Of a stretch of 64,000 bases of DNA, positions 60,755-64,000 are shown one piece after another. The DNA lies in assembly GCF_006345805.1 (NCBI RefSeq), contig NW_021836291.1, positions 372,001 through 436,000 on the forward strand. Reading direction: 5' to 3'. The number at the start of each line of letters is the position of its first letter. Position 1 is the first letter of the stretch. The position numbers and the translations under genes are program-made. The notes below the pieces were generated by a model, which had not been told where the DNA came from, searched no databases, and saw nothing but the letters and a program-made list of their open reading frames with translations. The stretch comes from Octopus sinensis. Lineage: Eukaryota.

Positions 60755-61341
60755 ATGGACGATTCAGTTCTTGTGGTGTTTGATTTAGGTGTGTCTGATA
60801 TTTAAAATAAAGACTATACACTATGGAATTGCTACATCGAATGTGTCTCCCATTCATTATTCACTGACAAGTCATTTCCAAAACTTCATTTTAGGACGAT
60901 CGACATCCATGAATATCCTTTTGTCGACTCCACTAAAATACTGCAAAAATACTCTTCTAAATTCCCACTGGCAGTTGCATCGAGGTATTGCAAACTACAA
61001 GCCCAGGTCGGTAGATTTGGAGGGAGCCCAAAAAATGCTTAAATGCTTGGATTGGGAAAAGTACTTTCGTGAAATACTGATCATTCCTTGCGACAAAAAA
61101 CATCATTTTAAAATGTATTATCGTCCAATGCATTTTGTAGTCTTGAAAAAAAATTTGGAATTCCGTTTAAACGGATGATTTTTTTGACGATGAAATGGAC
61201 AATATTCGCCAAGTTGGTTCTTTGGGTTGTCGTATTTTGAATATTTTAGGCGTCTTCTGCGTTTTTGTTCCCAATGGGGTTTGCCTCAATATGGTTGATT
61301 CAGAAATTGACAAATTTATCAAAAAAACTCACAATATTTAG
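60755..61341 (+). CDS. MDP1: Magnesium-dependent phosphatase 1 (HAD family)
   Basis: Spliced MDDSVLVVFDL|DYTLW...LAVASR|SVDLEGA...KYF...GIPFKRMIFFDDE..NI...LG|VFCVFVPNG. The ORF track shows only a chimeric frame. Confidence 0.9.
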
Positions 61342-61443
61342 ATTTTTGGTTAAATTGCTCGAATAATTTTTATTGAATTTTTCAAATATTACTTTATGTT
61401 GGTTATTCTAGAATTCAATTTAATCAATTAATTATGGAAAATA

Positions 61444-62526
61444 ATGAGCGATCCAATTCTTAATAATCTAGTTCAACCTGACTTCAGGAATGGTAGGTTT
61501 TATTGTCCATGGCTTGGTTTCTCTGATGTCAGCCTTTTTCAACGTATCAAATACTATTTGACTTACTCGGACTCCGTGAATGAAACCAAAGTAAATGTTC
61601 TGATCAATTCTAGGAATTGGAAGATACTGTTTTCTGTGTATCACCAGAGAAGAGACCTGTCCGCTCTAAAGAATTGATTGTCACGTGGATATCTCACAGC
61701 TATCTTCTAGTCCAAATGGACAATTTAAATATCCTTGCCGATCCCATTGTATCGGACATTGTGCTGTCCAGGTACATTTTTCCCCCGAGGGTAAATAAAA
61801 ATGCCATATCCATCTCCGAATTGCCCGAGATTGAGTATGTGCTAATCTCTCACAGCCACCACGACCACTTAGACTACCCTGCTATCACACAACTACACCA
61901 AAGATTTCCAAAAATTAAATTTCTAGTCCCTCTCAAGGTCAAAGCATTAATTCTGTCTGTGTGCGAGGCTCAAGTTGAGGAGTTTGGATGGTGGGACCAA
62001 GTCCAGTTAAGTAATCAAGTCACTGTGGCATTCGTACCTGCTCAACACGGAAGTAGAAGATCCCTTTTTGACGAAAACAAAGTTTGAGGTCGATATGATA
62101 GTAAGACACTCTGGGGAGGGTGGTGTTTGGTGGGAACAAGTGATGTTGGAACATTTTACTATTCTGGAGACACTGGATACTATCAGCCAATCTTTAAAAC
62201 CATTGGCATGAAATATGGGCCCTTCGACGTTGCTGCACTCCCAATTGGTGCGTACGCTCCAAAATTCTTATTCAAATACCAACATGCTGACCCCAGGGAG
62301 TGCATTCTTATTCAACAAGATGTTCAAGCTAAACACTGCATTGGAGTTCATTGGGGGACTTTTCGGCTGGGATATGAGGTTGTGTGACAATTTATTTTAG
62401 GGAATCTTTGAGCCTCGCCACGTTCTTAATAAAGAGAAGGAATCGCTCGAGCTGGAAGAAGCCACGTTTAAGTGCATTCGGGCTGGACAAACTATGGACA
62501 GAAATGGATCAATTATTCATTTTTAA
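61444..62526 (+). CDS. NAPEPLD: N-acyl-phosphatidylethanolamine-hydrolysing phospholipase D (MBL fold)
   Basis: VTWISHS, LADPI, LISHSHHDHLD, PAQH..RRSLFD.NK|TLWGGW, SGDTGY, YGPFDVAALPIGAY.P, H.DP.E, GVHWGTF. Confidence 0.95.
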
Positions 62527-62665
62527 TTAGAACATTAATATTAATAATTCATACGATAATCATCCTGATTTCCTTTTGAACAAATCGTTTTTGATAATTA
62601 AGATGATTTTTAACTCTCCAATTATTTTTTACCAAACAGTGTTTAAATTAGTAACCAAAAAAACA

Positions 62666-64000
62666 TTATTTTTTGCTGATATTAAGCCTCTGTGTAAACA
62701 TTTGATTAAAGTTCTTTTCTCTGTTCACCAGCTCCAGTTGGTACTGGTTTTTCTCTTTCTAAATTACCTTGTTTAATGGAAATAAACCATCAGTCGTTTG
62801 ACATCATTCTCCAATTCTTGATTTCTCGCTCTTTCTTCATTCACCATCAACCTGTGGCTTTCCAGTTCCTGGATTGTCGTATCCAGTCTAGGATTAGTCA
62901 ACAATTCTACCTCAGTTGCAATGCCTTGGCTTTTCGCAAATCTTCGTTTTTCAATGACTCAAACTCTGCTGTGATTTGTTCGATTTTTTCTCGGTAAATT
63001 AAAATTACTTCGTCCAACTTTTTTTTGAGAGTTTCTTCCCAATTTTTGTTTATTTTTCTAAGAACGAATCTTTCAATTTAAAATTAACGTTATTTTATCT
63101 TCAAACTCTCTGGTTTTGCTAATAATTTCAAGTTTTAATTGAGAGATGTGCGTTCTTTCCTGCTCCAACTGTAGCTCGCATTCATTTTTGCATTCGACGA
63201 GAGATTTATTGGTGAGATTTAGCAGGTCACATTCCTCACATAGAGAATGCATTTTCTCCTGCAGTTTGGAGACCTTGGAACGGTAGATTAATGATTTAAC
63301 CTCCAGACTGTACTTATTCTTCTCCTGTTCAAAAATAAGTTTTGAACATTCAATTTGTTCTTTGTGCAAATATTCGAGTTTTTCAATTTCTTCGATTTTT
63401 TCTTGGTTCATTTTGAAGAATTGTTGATCTAAACAATTTATTCAATAAGACAACCCAATGCAGCCTTTCCCTCTTCACTGATTTGTCGAAGCTCAGAGGC
63501 ACGGATAGACTTCAATGACTTTTCAAGGCAAGACACAGCCATCACATTCTCCTTAGAAAGCTTGGAAATTGCGGACTTGCTCATTCATACAATAGATCAA
63601 CCTCAATGTGTGTTTGAATAGAGCCAAAATATGTTTGTATAGATTTTTGGACAAGAAATAGTTTACTAACATTCGAATTGAACTCTTTTTTGCTATTTTC
63701 AACTGTCATTTTAATACGAGACAATTCTTGAGACATTGATGTGACTCTTTTTTTCAAATCAGCTGTCCCTTGAGAGACCATTCGACTCACTAGGCCAAAC
63801 GATTTTCTCAGTTTTGCTGTTAATTTCCTATTCTCGGAAATTTGGTGGTCGAAATCTGCTGAACAAGCTTCCAGTTCGATGCAGCGCTTAAGCAAAACCT
63901 CATTTTTGCTCTTTTCCTCTCCCAAAATAAGTTCCAGTTGATTTCTAAAGAATTGGTAGACTAAAAATACTGTTTCTGGCAAAGTTTATGTTTTTCTTTT
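62666..64000 (-). CDS. FAM184A: FAM184-like coiled-coil protein, 5' partial
   Basis: Long coiled-coil exons ending VKRLM|KEKNQYQLELVNREKNFNQMF, resembling FAM184A (YQLELVNRETNFNKVF as recalled). Confidence 0.65.

Noticed and set aside
60789-61178. 129-aa plus-strand ORF as a novel protein
   Set aside because: It is a chimera of MDP1 exons and introns read in one frame.

Overview
AT-rich eukaryotic (animal) genomic DNA, not prokaryotic. Host genes are split by very short spliceosomal introns (mostly 22-30 nt, GT-AG), so the six-frame ORF track fragments or misses them. A bona fide Pax6 (bilaterian) plus these mini-introns fits a dicyemid mesozoan best (inference). Manually spliced host genes: CYB5D1 (5' partial), a bacterial-like HtrL/YibB glycosyltransferase, a small secreted CBM14 chitin-binding protein, Pax6, kinesin-14, a GH20 hexosaminidase that has lost its catalytic acids, importin-alpha, SGSM (RUN-TBC), a Cys-less pentameric ion channel, a secreted protein of about 9 resistin/PCSK9-like Cys modules, TDP2, MDP1, NAPE-PLD, FAM184 (5' partial) and several orphans. 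Roughly half the window is transposon-derived: RTE, R4-like, CRE-like and Ingi/Vingi-like LINEs and hAT elements, often nested. Top observations: (1) a Vingi/Ingi-like LINE whose 5' end carries an HDV-like ribozyme fold, then an AUG-less frame with a virus-like 2A motif directly before the endonuclease; (2) a pseudo-enzyme hexosaminidase; (3) the multi-module resistin-like secreted protein; (4) an interstitial telomere-like array with higher-order variants, flanked by an inverted repeat; (5) a hAT transposase carrying host-type 23-nt introns, with intact TIRs and TSD. All family assignments are from remembered motifs; no database searches were run. TE boundaries without a TSD are approximate.
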